In this document: one piece after another, positions 1 through 10,639 of the stretch | Layout of the letters: each line of letters begins with the position of its first letter | Numbering within the stretch: the first letter of the stretch is position 1 | Origin: Vicinamibacterales bacterium | GTDB taxonomy: Bacteria > Acidobacteriota > Vicinamibacteria > Vicinamibacterales > SCN-69-37 | Direction: 5' to 3' | Assembly: GCA_035279905.1 (NCBI GenBank) | Contig: DATEGZ010000257.1 | Location: 30,086 to 94,085, forward strand | Length of the DNA stretch: 64,000 nt | Translations under genes and position numbers: made by a program | The notes under the pieces: generated by a model | Database searches by the model: none | What the model was told of the DNA's origin: nothing | What the model saw: the letters and a program-made list of their open reading frames with translations, nothing else

Positions 1-261
1 CCGTTCGACTGGGACGCGATCGCGGCCGCGGTCAAGAAGACCAGCCGCATCGTGATCGCGCACGAAGATCAGCTCACGTGCGGATTCGGCGCGGAGCTGG
101 CCGCCCGCGTGGCGAGCGATTTGTTCGAGTATCTCGACGCGCCGGTCAAGCGCGTCGCCGCCATGGACACACCGGTCGCCTACTGCCCGGATCTCGAGGA
201 AGTCATTCTGCCGAGCTCGGCGGACGTGCTTGCGGCGATCGTCGAGACCGCGAAGTACTAG
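1..261 (+). CDS. 2-oxoacid dehydrogenase E1 component beta subunit, C-terminal fragment (5' end outside window)
   Basis: Frame 1 is open from base 1. The tail RIVIAHEDQLTCGFGAELAARVA...LDAPVKRVAAMDTPVAYCPDLEEVILPS resembles the C-terminal domain of E1-beta subunits. Confidence 0.75.
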   Translation, partial: PFDWDAIAAAVKKTSRIVIAHEDQLTCGFGAELAARVASDLFEYLDAPVKRVAAMDTPVAYCPDLEEVILPSSADVLAAIVETAKY

Positions 262-264
262 ACG

Positions 265-2418
265 TCAGCGAACGATCAGTCCAATCTCCTTTGTCGCGGT
301 CGCCTTGCCGTCCGTCGCGGTGGCACGGACGCGGTACGCCCCAGGCTTCACATCCTTGAGCGGCATCTTCAGATCGACGAGCCCGACGCCCGCGCCGGTC
401 ATCGACGGCGTCTGCGTGGCAACCGTCTTGTTGGTGTAGTCGACCAGCGTCACGGTCGCCTTCGTCGCCGCGGGATTCTTGCACGCCACCTCGAAGAAGA
501 CGCGCACGGTGTCGGTGGTCTTGAACTCGCGATCGAGCGACGGATCGAACGGAATGATCTGGATCGCGCCCGGCGGCTTGGCCTGCGTGACGTGCGGGCC
601 GTCGGCGTAGCCGACGGCCAACCCGCTCAGCATCACCGCATCTTTCGTGAAATCCGGCACCTCGAGATCGAGGAAGACGCTGCCGCTTCGCGACAGCTTC
701 GAGCTGATCGCCGACGCGCGGAACTGATACCGGCCGGGCGGCAGCTCGACGCTCATCGGCATCTGGTACTTGATGCCCGCGGGCTCCGACTCGCCCACGG
801 GCTTCGCCGACGAGACGTTCGCGGTGTTCGTCAGCTGCTTGAGGACCTTGCCGTTCTTCACGTCGGCCACGGCCAGCAAGTACCGAAGCGAATCCTGGAT
901 ATTGTGGTTCGCGTCTTCGAGATCGCGGCGCGGCGCGGTCACTTCGATCGTCGCCGCCACGCGCGAGAGCTTGCCGCGGCTCGGAAAGGCGTCGGCGACG
1001 AGCCGCAGCGGCAGGTCGCGCTTCGGGGTCATCCCCAACGCGAGCGCCGTGAGCGGATTGTTCGTTTTCGGCCCGGCCGGCGGCGCGCCGCCCACTTCGT
1101 AGCCCATCCGGAACCGCAGCAGCACGCCCGGCTGATCGACCGTCACCATCAGCGCGCGGAAGCCGCCGCCGCTCGTGTCCTTCGGGTAGAAGCCGAGCAG
1201 ATAGTAGTTGTCGAGATCGGAGACGATGCGCTCGACGCCGCGCTCGAAGTCGTCGGAGTTGGTCACGGCGAAGCCGCCGGTCGCGTCGGCAGTCATCTCG
1301 AGGCCTTCCTGCGCGAGATGGAGCGCGCCGCTGAAGTGCGTGAGGCCGCTCGAGCACGGATCCATGGCCCCGAACCCGCCCGGCGACGGCGAGCACTCCT
1401 TCATCATGTTCGCCTGCGTCACCTCGCCGCGCGGGTCGAGGACGTAGGTCGCGATGTTCGATCGCCGCATCGCGCGCATCATGTCGAGGATCGCGTAGTC
1501 GTGGAAGGCCGTGACCGGCAGGTTCGACGGGTCGCGCGAGCCGACTTGCGCGTCCTGGCCCTCGCTCGGCGGCCGCAGCTCGGGCAGCCACGCCATGTCC
1601 TTTCCGATGCCTTCCGAGATCAGCACGAACGTCTTGCGGCGATCGTTGTCGCCCGCGAGCATGTGCGACGCGTCCTGCAGCGTCTTGTAGTACGACATGT
1701 TGTCGTAGAAATCCTGCAGGCTGACGTTGTTGGCGGCGCTCGCCGCCGCGGCGCGGGCCTCGACGTTGCCCGGATCGATGCCGCCCATGCGCGCCATCTG
1801 CTGATCGATCGCCGACGCCGGCCGCCGGACACTGCGCATGCCCTTGAGCGTGTCCGCGGCGTTCAGGATGACCGACCGGTCCTCGGTCACGGGCACGTTG
1901 TGCTTGCCGCTCGTGAAGAGCAGCGCCATCGGCGTCTTCGTGCCGAGCTTGTCCACGAGCATCTTGATCAGATCCCTGGAGCGCTGGGCCCGGTCCTTGA
2001 AGATGTGCAGGTCGTCGGCCACGATGACGACGAGCCGATCGTCGAGCTGGACGTTGTTCGTCGCCACGTCGTGCTTGAGATTCGGCGGCAGGGTGAACGC
2101 CGGCGTCGTCGGCGTGTCCTCGTGCGAGATCTCGTCGAACACGTCGATCTGCTGAGGCTTCTTCCGGTCGGTGACGGTGAAGTTGTCTTTCGTGAGGCCG
2201 TGCACCGGCTGGTCGGCGGCATCCACCGCGACGACGTAGACGGACACCAGATCGGTGCGGGCGCGGAAGACGGGTTGCTGCTGGGACGCCGGCGGCGGCT
2301 GGGATGGCGGGGGCGGCTGCCCGCGCCGCTGGGCCGTCAGGCCGGGCGTCAACACGGTCAGCGCCGTGGCGGCGATCCCGAAGGTCACGAGTCGACCGAA
2401 TGGTCTCGGCATGCGCAT
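265..2418 (-). CDS. VWFA-related acidobacterial-domain protein (TIGR03436-like), long secreted form
   Basis: Part of ORF 265..2568. Start moved to ATG 2418, giving the signal peptide MRMPRPFGRLVTFGIAATALTVLTPGLTAQ. The N-terminal module FRARTDLVSVYVVAVDAADQPVHGLTKDNFTVTDRKKPQQIDVF is shared with three other genes in the window. The MIDAS position reads VADDLH, not DxSxS. Confidence 0.75.
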   Translation of the reverse strand: MRMPRPFGRLVTFGIAATALTVLTPGLTAQRRGQPPPPSQPPPASQQQPVFRARTDLVSVYVVAVDAADQPVHGLTKDNFTVTDRKKPQQIDVFDEISHEDTPTTPAFTLPPNLKHDVATNNVQLDDRLVVIVADDLHIFKDRAQRSRDLIKMLVDKLGTKTPMALLFTSGKHNVPVTEDRSVILNAADTLKGMRSVRRPASAIDQQMARMGGIDPGNVEARAAAASAANNVSLQDFYDNMSYYKTLQDASHMLAGDNDRRKTFVLISEGIGKDMAWLPELRPPSEGQDAQVGSRDPSNLPVTAFHDYAILDMMRAMRRSNIATYVLDPRGEVTQANMMKECSPSPGGFGAMDPCSSGLTHFSGALHLAQEGLEMTADATGGFAVTNSDDFERGVERIVSDLDNYYLLGFYPKDTSGGGFRALMVTVDQPGVLLRFRMGYEVGGAPPAGPKTNNPLTALALGMTPKRDLPLRLVADAFPSRGKLSRVAATIEVTAPRRDLEDANHNIQDSLRYLLAVADVKNGKVLKQLTNTANVSSAKPVGESEPAGIKYQMPMSVELPPGRYQFRASAISSKLSRSGSVFLDLEVPDFTKDAVMLSGLAVGYADGPHVTQAKPPGAIQIIPFDPSLDREFKTTDTVRVFFEVACKNPAATKATVTLVDYTNKTVATQTPSMTGAGVGLVDLKMPLKDVKPGAYRVRATATDGKATATKEIGLIVR

Positions 2419-2467
2419 CCTCACGCTCGTGCTGGCACCGGGGCGACGATTATGGCAGAAATACCCC

Positions 2468-3499
2468 GTGAATCCCGCTCGCCGCCGCGTGGCGTCCGTT
2501 GCGGCGCTCGCTGGCGTGCTCGCCGTCGGCCCGCCTTCCCGAGCCTCGATGGGTCCGCCCGTCGACACCCTGGCGGCCGTCGGCGGCCTGCCCGCTCACA
2601 TGGTTGGACAGCTCGAAGCCCCGATAGGTTTCGTCCAGACCTCGACGGGCGAATACCTCGTCCTGGACCGCCGCCAGCACACCGTGTACGGCGTCAACGC
2701 GGCCAAGACCACGATGCGCACGGTCCTGCAAATCGGCTTCGAGCAGGGCCGCGTGCTCGAGCCGGGCGTGCTGGCGCTCGGACCGGCCGACATCTTTGCG
2801 GTCGCCGACGCGCCGAGCGGCAATGAGCGCATTCAGTACTTCACGACGGCCGGGCAGTTTCTCGGCGGGTTCTACCTGCAGTCGAAAGTCGCGCCGCGCA
2901 TCGTGCTCGGCCCCATTGTCATCAACGGCGTCGGATCGATGGCGTTCGCGGAGAAGACGTTTCTCGTGAATCGTCCCGACTCCGGCGCGTTGATTTCGGA
3001 GTTCGACGTCTCGGGCGCGGTCGTGCGGCATTTCGGCATGCTGCGCCGCACGGGATTCGAATCGGACCGCGACGTCCACCTCGCGCTCAACATCGGCCTG
3101 CCGCTCGTCGATCCGACGGGCGGGTACTTCTTCGTGTTTCAGACGGGCGCGCCGATGTTTCAGAAATATGATGCGCAGGGCACATTGGTGTTCGAGCGGC
3201 ACATCGAAGGCGTGGAGCTGGACCCGTCGATCGTCTCGCTGCCGACGGTCTGGCCGCGGCAGCGCGAGGGCGCGCTGCCCGTGGTGCCGCCGCTGGTGCG
3301 CACGGCGGCTGTCGACGGCAAAGGCCAGCTGTGGGTATCGTTGATGACGCCGTTCACGTACGTGTACGACGCGCACGGCGAGAAGACGCGGACGGTGCAA
3401 TTCCAGGCCGCCTCCCTGCTGTCGCCGGCGAGCCTGTTCTTCACGCCACAGGGCCGGCTGCTCGTCACGCCCGGCTGCTACGAATTCGCGACACGCTGA
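2468..3499 (+). CDS. secreted hypothetical protein, possibly beta-propeller-like
   Basis: Protein-like part of ORF 2255..3499. GTG 2468 gives a signal-like N-terminus (NPARRRVASVAALAGVLAVGPPSRAS) and avoids overlap with the divergent start at 2418. ATG 2411 is the alternative start. Confidence 0.55.
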   Translation: MNPARRRVASVAALAGVLAVGPPSRASMGPPVDTLAAVGGLPAHMVGQLEAPIGFVQTSTGEYLVLDRRQHTVYGVNAAKTTMRTVLQIGFEQGRVLEPGVLALGPADIFAVADAPSGNERIQYFTTAGQFLGGFYLQSKVAPRIVLGPIVINGVGSMAFAEKTFLVNRPDSGALISEFDVSGAVVRHFGMLRRTGFESDRDVHLALNIGLPLVDPTGGYFFVFQTGAPMFQKYDAQGTLVFERHIEGVELDPSIVSLPTVWPRQREGALPVVPPLVRTAAVDGKGQLWVSLMTPFTYVYDAHGEKTRTVQFQAASLLSPASLFFTPQGRLLVTPGCYEFATR

Positions 3500-3502
3500 T
3501 CG

Positions 3503-4807
3503 ATGTCCGAGCTGCGTCCCTCGCTCGGGCTGACGCATGCCACCGCGATGGTGGTGGGGACGATCATCGGCGCGTCGATCTTCGTGCAGCCGTCGGAGAT
3601 CACCAGGCTGATGCCGTCGGTGTCGGGCATTCTGATCGCCTGGCTGGCCGCCGGCGTGCTCACGCTCGCGGGCGCGCTCGTCTGCGCGGAGCTGGCGTCG
3701 GCGTTTCCGCAGACGGGCGGCGTCTACGTGTTTCTGAAGGAAGCCTACTCGCCCGCGCTCGGCTTCCTCTGGGGCTGGGCGATGTTCTGGAGCATGCACT
3801 CCGGCATCATCGCGGCCATCGCCACCGTGTTTGCCCGGTACGCCGCCGAGTTCTTTCCGCTGACGGACACGGGCCGCCGGCTGACCGCGGTCTCCGTGAT
3901 TGTGGTGCTCTCCGCCGTGAACTATGTCGGCGTCCGGCATGGCGGCCGGATTCAGAACGTCTTCACGGCGGCGAAGGTGCTGGCCATCGTGGCGATCATC
4001 TCGGCGGGCCTGGCCTGGCACGGTCCGGCCCAGGCGGCCGCGAGCGTGGGCGCGGCCGGTGAGAGCGTGCGCGGCCTGATCCTCGCCATCGCCGCCGGGC
4101 TTTTCGCCTATGGCGGCTGGCACATGGTGACCTACGCGGCCGGCGAGACGAAGGATCCGGCGCGGACGATCCCGCGCGCCCTGCTCATCGGCACGCTCCT
4201 CGTCACCGCGTGCTACGCGGGGCTCAACGCGATCTACCTGCGCGTGCTGCCGCTCGACGCGGTGCGCGCGTCGAGCCGCGTCGCGGCCGACGCGGCCGAT
4301 GTCCTGCTCGGCGGCGGCGGCGCCTCGCTCATGGCGGCGCTCGTGATGATCTCGACGTTTGGCGCGGTCAACGGGATCATCCTCGTCGGTCCGCGCGTGT
4401 ACTACTCGATGGCGCGCGACGGCCTGCTGTTCAAGCCGCTGGCGGCGGCGCATCCCGTGTTCGGCACGCCGCATCGCGCGATCGTGCTGCAGGCGATCTG
4501 GGCGTCGGCGCTCGCGCTCACCAACACGTACGGCGCGCTGTTCTCGCGGGTGATCTACACCGAGTGGATCTTCTTCGCGCTGATGGCGGCGGGGCTGATG
4601 CGGTTGCGCCGCCGGCCGGACTACCGGCCGTCGTATCGCATCGCCGGGTATCCGCTCGTGCCCGTGACGTTCGTCATCGCGTCGATCGTGATCGTGGCGA
4701 TCCAGATGTCGGCGTCGCCCCGCGACAGTCTGATCGGCATGGCCATCGTGATCGCGGGCCTGCCGGTGTATGGTTGGTGGTCGCGCCGGAGGGGCGCCAC
4801 CGCATGA
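3503..4807 (+). CDS. APC-family amino acid permease
   Basis: 434 aa and polytopic. The N-terminus LGLTHATAMVVGTIIGASIFVQP is typical of the APC superfamily. Confidence 0.85.
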   Translation: MSELRPSLGLTHATAMVVGTIIGASIFVQPSEITRLMPSVSGILIAWLAAGVLTLAGALVCAELASAFPQTGGVYVFLKEAYSPALGFLWGWAMFWSMHSGIIAAIATVFARYAAEFFPLTDTGRRLTAVSVIVVLSAVNYVGVRHGGRIQNVFTAAKVLAIVAIISAGLAWHGPAQAAASVGAAGESVRGLILAIAAGLFAYGGWHMVTYAAGETKDPARTIPRALLIGTLLVTACYAGLNAIYLRVLPLDAVRASSRVAADAADVLLGGGGASLMAALVMISTFGAVNGIILVGPRVYYSMARDGLLFKPLAAAHPVFGTPHRAIVLQAIWASALALTNTYGALFSRVIYTEWIFFALMAAGLMRLRRRPDYRPSYRIAGYPLVPVTFVIASIVIVAIQMSASPRDSLIGMAIVIAGLPVYGWWSRRRGATA

Positions 4808-5784
4808 TCATCGACGTTCACAACCACTACTACCCGCCCGAATACCTGGATGCGCTCGCGCCGTCGGGCAGCACGCTCAAAATCACGCACGACGCCGAGG
4901 GCAATCCGGTCGTCCACTACCCGGGCGACTACAACGTCATGGTGCGCGGGCACCGGGACATCGCGTACCGGCAGACGGTGCTCGATGAGACGGGCGTGGA
5001 CGTGCAGGTGATCTCGCTGACGACCCCGGGGACGCACGTCGAGACGCCGCCGGTGGCGGCGAAGCTCGCGACGATCACGAACGACGCGTTCGCGCGCGTG
5101 CGGGCCGAGCGGCCGAAGCGTTTCATCCCGCTTGCGACGCTGCCGCTCTGCGATCCGAAGGCGTCGGTCGCCGAATTCACGCGCGCGGTGGACCAGCTCA
5201 GGATGCCGGGCGCGATGCTGTTCAGCAACGTCAACGGCGTCGGGCTCGATGACCAGCGGTTCTGGCCGATCTACGAGGTGGCGAACGACCGCGGCGCCAT
5301 TCTGATGATCCACCCGACCTATCCGGTCGGCGTCGAGGCGATGCGTGAGTACTGGCTCATGCCGCTCAACGGGTTTCTCTTCGACACGACGCTCGCCGCG
5401 TCCAAGCTCGTCTTCAGCGGCGTCGTGAAGCGCTATCCGAAGATCCGCTGGATCCTCGGGCACCTGGGCGGAACGATTCCGTACCTGGCCGAGCGGCTCG
5501 ATCGCGGGTTCCGCGCGTTCAAGGAGTGCCGCACGCACATCGACGAGCCGCCGACGTCGTACCTCAAGCGGCACTTCTGGTACGACACGGTCAACTTCGC
5601 CGCGGGCCCGCTGAAGCTCGCCATCGACTTCGCCGGCGCCGACCACGTCGTCGCCGGCAGCGACTACCCGCACAAAATCGGCAGCATCCCTCTCATGCTC
5701 GAGGCGATTCGCGGCCTGCCGATCGACGATCGGGACAAGGCGAAGATTCTGGGGACGGATCTGTTTTCCACAGATCGGGGCTGA
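4804..5784 (+). CDS. amidohydrolase-2 family protein (ACMSD-like metal-dependent hydrolase/decarboxylase)
   Basis: Real start is ATG 4804 (MIIDVHNHYYPPEYL, HxH metal motif), overlapping the permease stop (ATGA). The upstream part of ORF 4210..5784 is Arg-rich junk. The last 11 codons lie inside palindrome 5751-5862. Confidence 0.8.
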   Translation: MIIDVHNHYYPPEYLDALAPSGSTLKITHDAEGNPVVHYPGDYNVMVRGHRDIAYRQTVLDETGVDVQVISLTTPGTHVETPPVAAKLATITNDAFARVRAERPKRFIPLATLPLCDPKASVAEFTRAVDQLRMPGAMLFSNVNGVGLDDQRFWPIYEVANDRGAILMIHPTYPVGVEAMREYWLMPLNGFLFDTTLAASKLVFSGVVKRYPKIRWILGHLGGTIPYLAERLDRGFRAFKECRTHIDEPPTSYLKRHFWYDTVNFAAGPLKLAIDFAGADHVVAGSDYPHKIGSIPLMLEAIRGLPIDDRDKAKILGTDLFSTDRG

Positions 5785-5862
5785 TTGGGGACAGGTCTCG
5801 AGAAAATGACGCCGAGACCTGTCCCCTTTTAGCCCCGATCTGTGGAAAACAGATCCGTCCCC
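5751..5862. repeat. 112-bp near-perfect palindrome between convergent genes; probable bidirectional terminator or REP/MITE-like element
   Basis: Arms 5751-5800 and 5813-5862 are complementary apart from two T:T mismatches, with a 12-nt loop. Each arm holds its own sub-hairpin GATCTGT-N5-ACAGATC. Confidence 0.85.
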
Positions 5863-6917
5863 TAACAGATCCGCGGCAGCTGCTCGCCGGTGAGCATGTC
5901 GATGATGCGGGAGGCGCCAATCCGGCTGCCCGCGGTGACCAGGCCGGCGGGCGCCTCGGAGACGACGCCAATCACTGCCGCGCCGGCAGTCACGTCGAAG
6001 GCCTGCAGGACGCGCAAGGTGCGGTCGGCGGCGCCGCGCGGGACGATCGCGACGAAGCGGCCCTCGTTGGCGACGTAGAGCGGATCGAAGCCCAGAATCT
6101 CGCACGCCCCGCGGACGTCCTCGCGCACGCGAATCGCGATCTCCTCGATCCGCAGATGACACCGTGACGCCTCCGCGATTTCGACGAGCGACGTCGCCAG
6201 GCCGCCGCGTGTCAGATCGCGCAGGCAATGCACGTCGATGCCGTCGTCGAGAAGCGCGAGCACGGGCGCCGCAAGCGGCGCGCAGTCGCTCTCGATCGCC
6301 GACTCGAACTCGAGCCCCTCGCGCGCGCCCATGACCGCCATGCCGTGCCGCCCGATATCGCCGGACAGTACGATCACGTCCCCGGGCCGCACGCTCGCCG
6401 GCGCCACCACCTGCGAGTGCTCGATCGCCCCCACGCCCGCCGTGTTCACGTACAGTCCATCGGCCTTGCCGCGATCGACGACCTTCGTATCGCCGGTCAC
6501 CAGCAGCACTCCCGCCGCGCTGGCCGCTGCCTTCATCGAGGACACGACGCGTGCGAGCGTCGCCATCTCGAGTCCCTCCTCGAGGATGAAGCCCGCGCTC
6601 AGAAACAACGGCCGCGCCCCGCACATGGCCAGATCGTTGACCGTGCCGTTGACCGCCAGCGTCCCGATGTCGCCTCCGGGAAAGAACATCGGCCGGACGA
6701 CGTAGGAATCGGTCGTGAACGCGAGCGTTGCGCCGGCGATCTGCACCAGCGCGCCGTCATGGCGGGCGCCGAGCGCCGGATTGTCGAACGCGGGCACGAA
6801 CAGCTGCTCGATGAGCTGATGCGTCAGCGCGCCGCCACCCCCATGCGCCAATTGCACGTGCGTGTGCGAGCTGACCGGCACCGGACACGTGATGCCAGTC
6901 GAGAGATCAACGGCCAT
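5862..6917 (-). CDS. hypE: hydrogenase maturation protein HypE
   Basis: Start at [14 protein letters not shown] within ORF 5862..7043. AIR-synthase-like body and the canonical C-terminal ...GEQLPRIC. Confidence 0.9.
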   Translation of the reverse strand: MAVDLSTGITCPVPVSSHTHVQLAHGGGGALTHQLIEQLFVPAFDNPALGARHDGALVQIAGATLAFTTDSYVVRPMFFPGGDIGTLAVNGTVNDLAMCGARPLFLSAGFILEEGLEMATLARVVSSMKAAASAAGVLLVTGDTKVVDRGKADGLYVNTAGVGAIEHSQVVAPASVRPGDVIVLSGDIGRHGMAVMGAREGLEFESAIESDCAPLAAPVLALLDDGIDVHCLRDLTRGGLATSLVEIAEASRCHLRIEEIAIRVREDVRGACEILGFDPLYVANEGRFVAIVPRGAADRTLRVLQAFDVTAGAAVIGVVSEAPAGLVTAGSRIGASRIIDMLTGEQLPRIC

Positions 6918-8034
6918 GACTGCCCGCCTCTCTTGTTTCCGCGTGCAGGTGCACGCGTCGATATCGGTAATAGGCCGCGCACGCGCCCTCCGACGACACC
7001 ATCGTGGCGCCGAGCGGATGTTCGGGGGTGCACCGCCCGCCAAAGGCCGGACACTCGGGCGGTTTGTTGAGGCCTTGCATGATCAACCCGGCAATGCACT
7101 CCGACGGCTCGTCGATCGTCGTGCTGGCGACGCCAAACCGGCGCTCGGCGTCGAACGCGCGATAGCGATCCTGCAGTCCCAATCCGCTGGCCGGGATCTC
7201 GCCGACGCCGCGCCACTTTCGCGGCACGATGGTGAACACCTCTCGAATGAGCTGCTGCGCCGGAATGTTGCCGCGGTGACGCACCGCCCGCGCGTACTGA
7301 TTCTCGACGTCCGCGCGCCCTTCCTCGAGCTGCTTCACGCACATCAGCACGCCCTGCAGGATGTCGAGCGGCTCGAACCCGGTGACCACGATCGGGACGT
7401 GGTACCTTGCGGCGATCGGCTCGTATTCGGTGACGCCCATGATCGTGCACACGTGGCCCGCGGCGAGAAAGCCCTGCACGCGATTCCGCGACGACGACAG
7501 AATCGCCTCCATGGCCGGCGGCACCAGCACGTGCGACACGAGAATCGAGAAATTCTGAATCCCGCCTTCGGCCGCGTGGAACACGGCCATCGCATTCGCC
7601 GGCGCCGTCGTCTCGAAGCCCACCGCGAAGAAGACGACCTCGCGCCGCGGATTCGTTCGGGCGATCTGCACGGCATCGAGCGGCGAGTACACGATGCGCA
7701 CGTCGCCGCCGCGCGCTTTGACCGATAACAGGTCCGTCGACTTGCCGGGCACCCGCAGCATGTCGCCGAAGGAACAGAAGATCACCCCCGGCCGCGACGC
7801 GATCTCGATCGCCTTCTCGATCAGCTCGAGGGGCGTCACGCACACCGGACAGCCCGGACCGTGCACCAGGGTGATGCCTGGAGGCAGGAGCTCATCCACG
7901 CCGAACTTGACGATGGCGTGGGTCTGGCCGCCGCACACCTCCATCAGCGTCCACGGCCGGGTGGTGACCTGGTGCAGCGCGCGGGCGTAGGCGTGCGCCT
8001 GACCGGCGTCCCGGTACTCGTCGATGTACTTCAC
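6907..8034 (-). CDS. hypD: hydrogenase maturation protein HypD
   Basis: MKYIDEYRD...MEVCGGQTH...GPGCPVCV motifs. Overlaps the hypE start. Confidence 0.92.
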   Translation of the reverse strand: MKYIDEYRDAGQAHAYARALHQVTTRPWTLMEVCGGQTHAIVKFGVDELLPPGITLVHGPGCPVCVTPLELIEKAIEIASRPGVIFCSFGDMLRVPGKSTDLLSVKARGGDVRIVYSPLDAVQIARTNPRREVVFFAVGFETTAPANAMAVFHAAEGGIQNFSILVSHVLVPPAMEAILSSSRNRVQGFLAAGHVCTIMGVTEYEPIAARYHVPIVVTGFEPLDILQGVLMCVKQLEEGRADVENQYARAVRHRGNIPAQQLIREVFTIVPRKWRGVGEIPASGLGLQDRYRAFDAERRFGVASTTIDEPSECIAGLIMQGLNKPPECPAFGGRCTPEHPLGATMVSSEGACAAYYRYRRVHLHAETREAGSHGR

Positions 8035-8288
8035 GATGACTCTCCGTCCTCGAGCTCGGCCAGGTCGCCGATCTCGCGCAGATACGAGAACACCTTCCCC
8101 GCTTCGTCCTGATCGACGGTGGAGATCGCAAAGCCCACGTGCACGAGCACGTAGTCGCCCGGCTTGGCCTCGGGCGTGTAGCTCAGGTTCACGCGCTTGA
8201 CGATGCCGGCGAAGTTGACCCGGCCGCTGCGCAGCACGGGATCCTCGCCCTCAACGTCGATGATTTGTCCAGGAATCGCCAGACACAT
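8031..8288 (-). CDS. hypC: hydrogenase assembly chaperone HypC
   Basis: 85 aa. The N-terminal MCLAIPGQI is the HypC/HupF signature. Confidence 0.92.
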   Translation of the reverse strand: MCLAIPGQIIDVEGEDPVLRSGRVNFAGIVKRVNLSYTPEAKPGDYVLVHVGFAISTVDQDEAGKVFSYLREIGDLAELEDGESS

Positions 8289-8299
8289 CGTGCACCTCG

Positions 8300-10639
8300 T
8301 CAGCTCGCCCCGGCGCCGGCGAGCGCGGCCAGCGTCTGAGCCGTTCGATCGTCGTCCTTCGCCTTGCGGCGTCCGGGCGGCCCGGTCAGGCCGCGGACGA
8401 GCGCGGCGATTTGTCCCAGCGCGATGCCGCCGTCATTCGTCGGCACCCGTTGATGCCAGCACGGCGAGAATCCTGCCTCGCGAAGCCGTGCGATCGTCCG
8501 CTCGAGCAGGAGTCGATTCTGAAAGCAGCCGCCCGACAGCACGACGCGATCGCGCCCGGCGATCCTGGCGACCGCGACAATCATCCGCGCCAGCGTCTCG
8601 TGAAACCGTGCCGCCATCGTCGCCGCCGGCGCACCGATCGCAAGGTCGTCGAGCAGCGCGCGAATCATCGGCGCCCAGTCCACGGCAAGACACACGCCTG
8701 GAATCAGCTCGAACGGATACGCATCGGCAACGGCCTCGTCCGACACCCACTCCAGCAGCATCGCCGCCTGGCCTTCGAAGGTCGCACGCTGCTTGAGGTC
8801 CAGGAAGGCCGCCACCGCGTCGAAGAGGCGGCCGGCGCTGGTCGTCACCGGCGCGTTCAGGCCGCGGTCCAGCGCCTGGCGCAGCAGCCGGCGTTCGGCG
8901 GGGTCGAACGCTCGAATGGGCGCGACATCGCGATCGAGCGCGCGGGAACCTTCCATCGCGTAGAGCACGCCCAGCGCGGACCGTCGAGGCTCACGCACCG
9001 CGTGTTCGCCGCCGGGCAGCCGGAACGGCCGCAGGCACGCGACGCGATCCCACGTGTCGTCGTCGACGGTGAGGAACTCGCCGCCCCAGATCGTGCCGTC
9101 CGCGCCGTAACCCGTGCCGTCCCACGACACGCCGAGCACGGGGCCGTCGATGTCGTGTTCGGCCAGGCATGACGCGATGTGCGCGAGGTGATGCTGCACC
9201 GTGGCGACGGGCAGCCCGAGCCGGCGGGCGTACTGGCTCGAGAAGTAGTCCGGATGCTGGTCGGCGACGGCGGTCTCGGGCACGGCGTGGAACAACGCGC
9301 CGAGACTCTTCATGACGCGATCGAACGCCTCGATCGACTGCGGCGTCTCGAGATCGCCAAGGTGCTGGCTCACGAAGACGTTGGCGCCTGACGTCACCGC
9401 GACCGCGCTCTTCAGATGCGCGCCGACGGCAACGGCGCGCGGCGCCTCGGCCGCGAGCCGAATCGGCAGCGGCGCGTAGCCGCGCGCGCGGCGCAGGATC
9501 ATCTCGCGTCCGGCCACGACCCGAACGATCGAGTCGTCGACGTGACGCGCGATCGGCCGGTCGTGCACCAGAAACCCGTCAGCGATCCGCGACAATCGGC
9601 GCAGGGCCTCTCGCTCATCGGTGCAGATCGGTTCGTCCGAGAGATTCCCGCTCGTTGCGACCAGCGGTCCGCCGAAATCGGCCGCGATCAAATGGTGCAG
9701 CGGTGTATACGGCAGCATGACGCCGAGCGTCGGGACGCCCGGCGCCACCGCGGACGCCAGACTTCCGCGCACCATCCGCCGCCGAAGCAGCACGATGGGC
9801 GCCTCAGCGGACGCGAGCAGCCGCGCGTCGGCCGGCGAGACGACGCAGTCCCGCCGCACGTCGTCGATCGACGGATACATGGTCGCGAGCGGTTTTTCTT
9901 CGCGATGTTTGCGCTGTCGAAGGCGCCGGACGGCGCACTCCTGCCGTGCGTCGACCATCAGATGAAATCCGCCGATTCCCTTGACGGCCACGATGGAGCC
10001 ACCGCGCAGGGCGTCGACGGCGGCGCGAATGGCCTCGTCGTCCTCGGCCAAAACCGCGCCGCGCCCGCTCCACCAGGCGACCCGGGGGCCGCACACGGGG
10101 CAGGCATTCGGCTGCGCGTGGAACCGGCGGTCCGACGGATCGTGGTACTCGTGCTCGCACGCCTGACACATGACGAAGCCGCGCATGGACGTCCGCGGCC
10201 GGTCGTACGGCAGCGCGTCGATGATGCTGAACCGCGGCCCGCAATGCGTGCAGTTGATGAAGGGATACCGATACCGCCGGTCGTCGGGATCGAAGAGCTC
10301 GCGCCGGCACGCGTCGCACGTCGCGAGGTCCGGCAGCACGATCGCCGTCGGCTCGCCCGCAACTTGACTGTCTCTTATCTCGAACGCCGCCGAGCCGGCC
10401 GGATCCAGCCAGCTCGCCTCGAGGTCGACGATCGTGGCATGCGGCGGCGGCTCGCACACCAGCCGCGCGCGAAATCGATCGATCCGCTCACGCGGTCCCT
10501 CGACCTCGATGACGACACCATCCGGGCCGTTCAGCACCCAGCCGGCCAGGTCGAGCGCCCGCGCCAGCCGGTAGACGAACGGCCTGAACCCGACGCCCTG
10601 GACGGCGCCGCGCACGGACAGCCGCAGCCGCTCACGCAT
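8300..10639 (-). CDS. hypF: carbamoyltransferase HypF
   Basis: 779 aa. Acylphosphatase-like N-terminus (VRGAVQGVGFRPFVY), two CxxC...CxxC zinc-finger pairs, and YrdC plus Kae1-like domains. Confidence 0.92.
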   Translation of the reverse strand: MRERLRLSVRGAVQGVGFRPFVYRLARALDLAGWVLNGPDGVVIEVEGPRERIDRFRARLVCEPPPHATIVDLEASWLDPAGSAAFEIRDSQVAGEPTAIVLPDLATCDACRRELFDPDDRRYRYPFINCTHCGPRFSIIDALPYDRPRTSMRGFVMCQACEHEYHDPSDRRFHAQPNACPVCGPRVAWWSGRGAVLAEDDEAIRAAVDALRGGSIVAVKGIGGFHLMVDARQECAVRRLRQRKHREEKPLATMYPSIDDVRRDCVVSPADARLLASAEAPIVLLRRRMVRGSLASAVAPGVPTLGVMLPYTPLHHLIAADFGGPLVATSGNLSDEPICTDEREALRRLSRIADGFLVHDRPIARHVDDSIVRVVAGREMILRRARGYAPLPIRLAAEAPRAVAVGAHLKSAVAVTSGANVFVSQHLGDLETPQSIEAFDRVMKSLGALFHAVPETAVADQHPDYFSSQYARRLGLPVATVQHHLAHIASCLAEHDIDGPVLGVSWDGTGYGADGTIWGGEFLTVDDDTWDRVACLRPFRLPGGEHAVREPRRSALGVLYAMEGSRALDRDVAPIRAFDPAERRLLRQALDRGLNAPVTTSAGRLFDAVAAFLDLKQRATFEGQAAMLLEWVSDEAVADAYPFELIPGVCLAVDWAPMIRALLDDLAIGAPAATMAARFHETLARMIVAVARIAGRDRVVLSGGCFQNRLLLERTIARLREAGFSPCWHQRVPTNDGGIALGQIAALVRGLTGPPGRRKAKDDDRTAQTLAALAGAGAS

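Noticed and set aside
592-2826. 744-aa plus-strand ORF antisense to the VWA gene. Similar long ORFs occur at 203..1591, 2450..4474, 4621..6624, 9416..10735, 18701..20503, 32418..34469, 34354..36234, 40960..43959 (999 aa), 41771..43762, 46503..48170, 49439..51133, 52289..53881, 55647..57059, 56734..58245 and elsewhere.
   Set aside because: These ORFs are extremely rich in Arg/Ala/Gly/Pro/His and lack hydrophobic cores or motifs. Each overlaps, in another frame or on the other strand, a gene with clear family signatures. This is the typical stop-codon-poor off-frame artefact of high-GC DNA.
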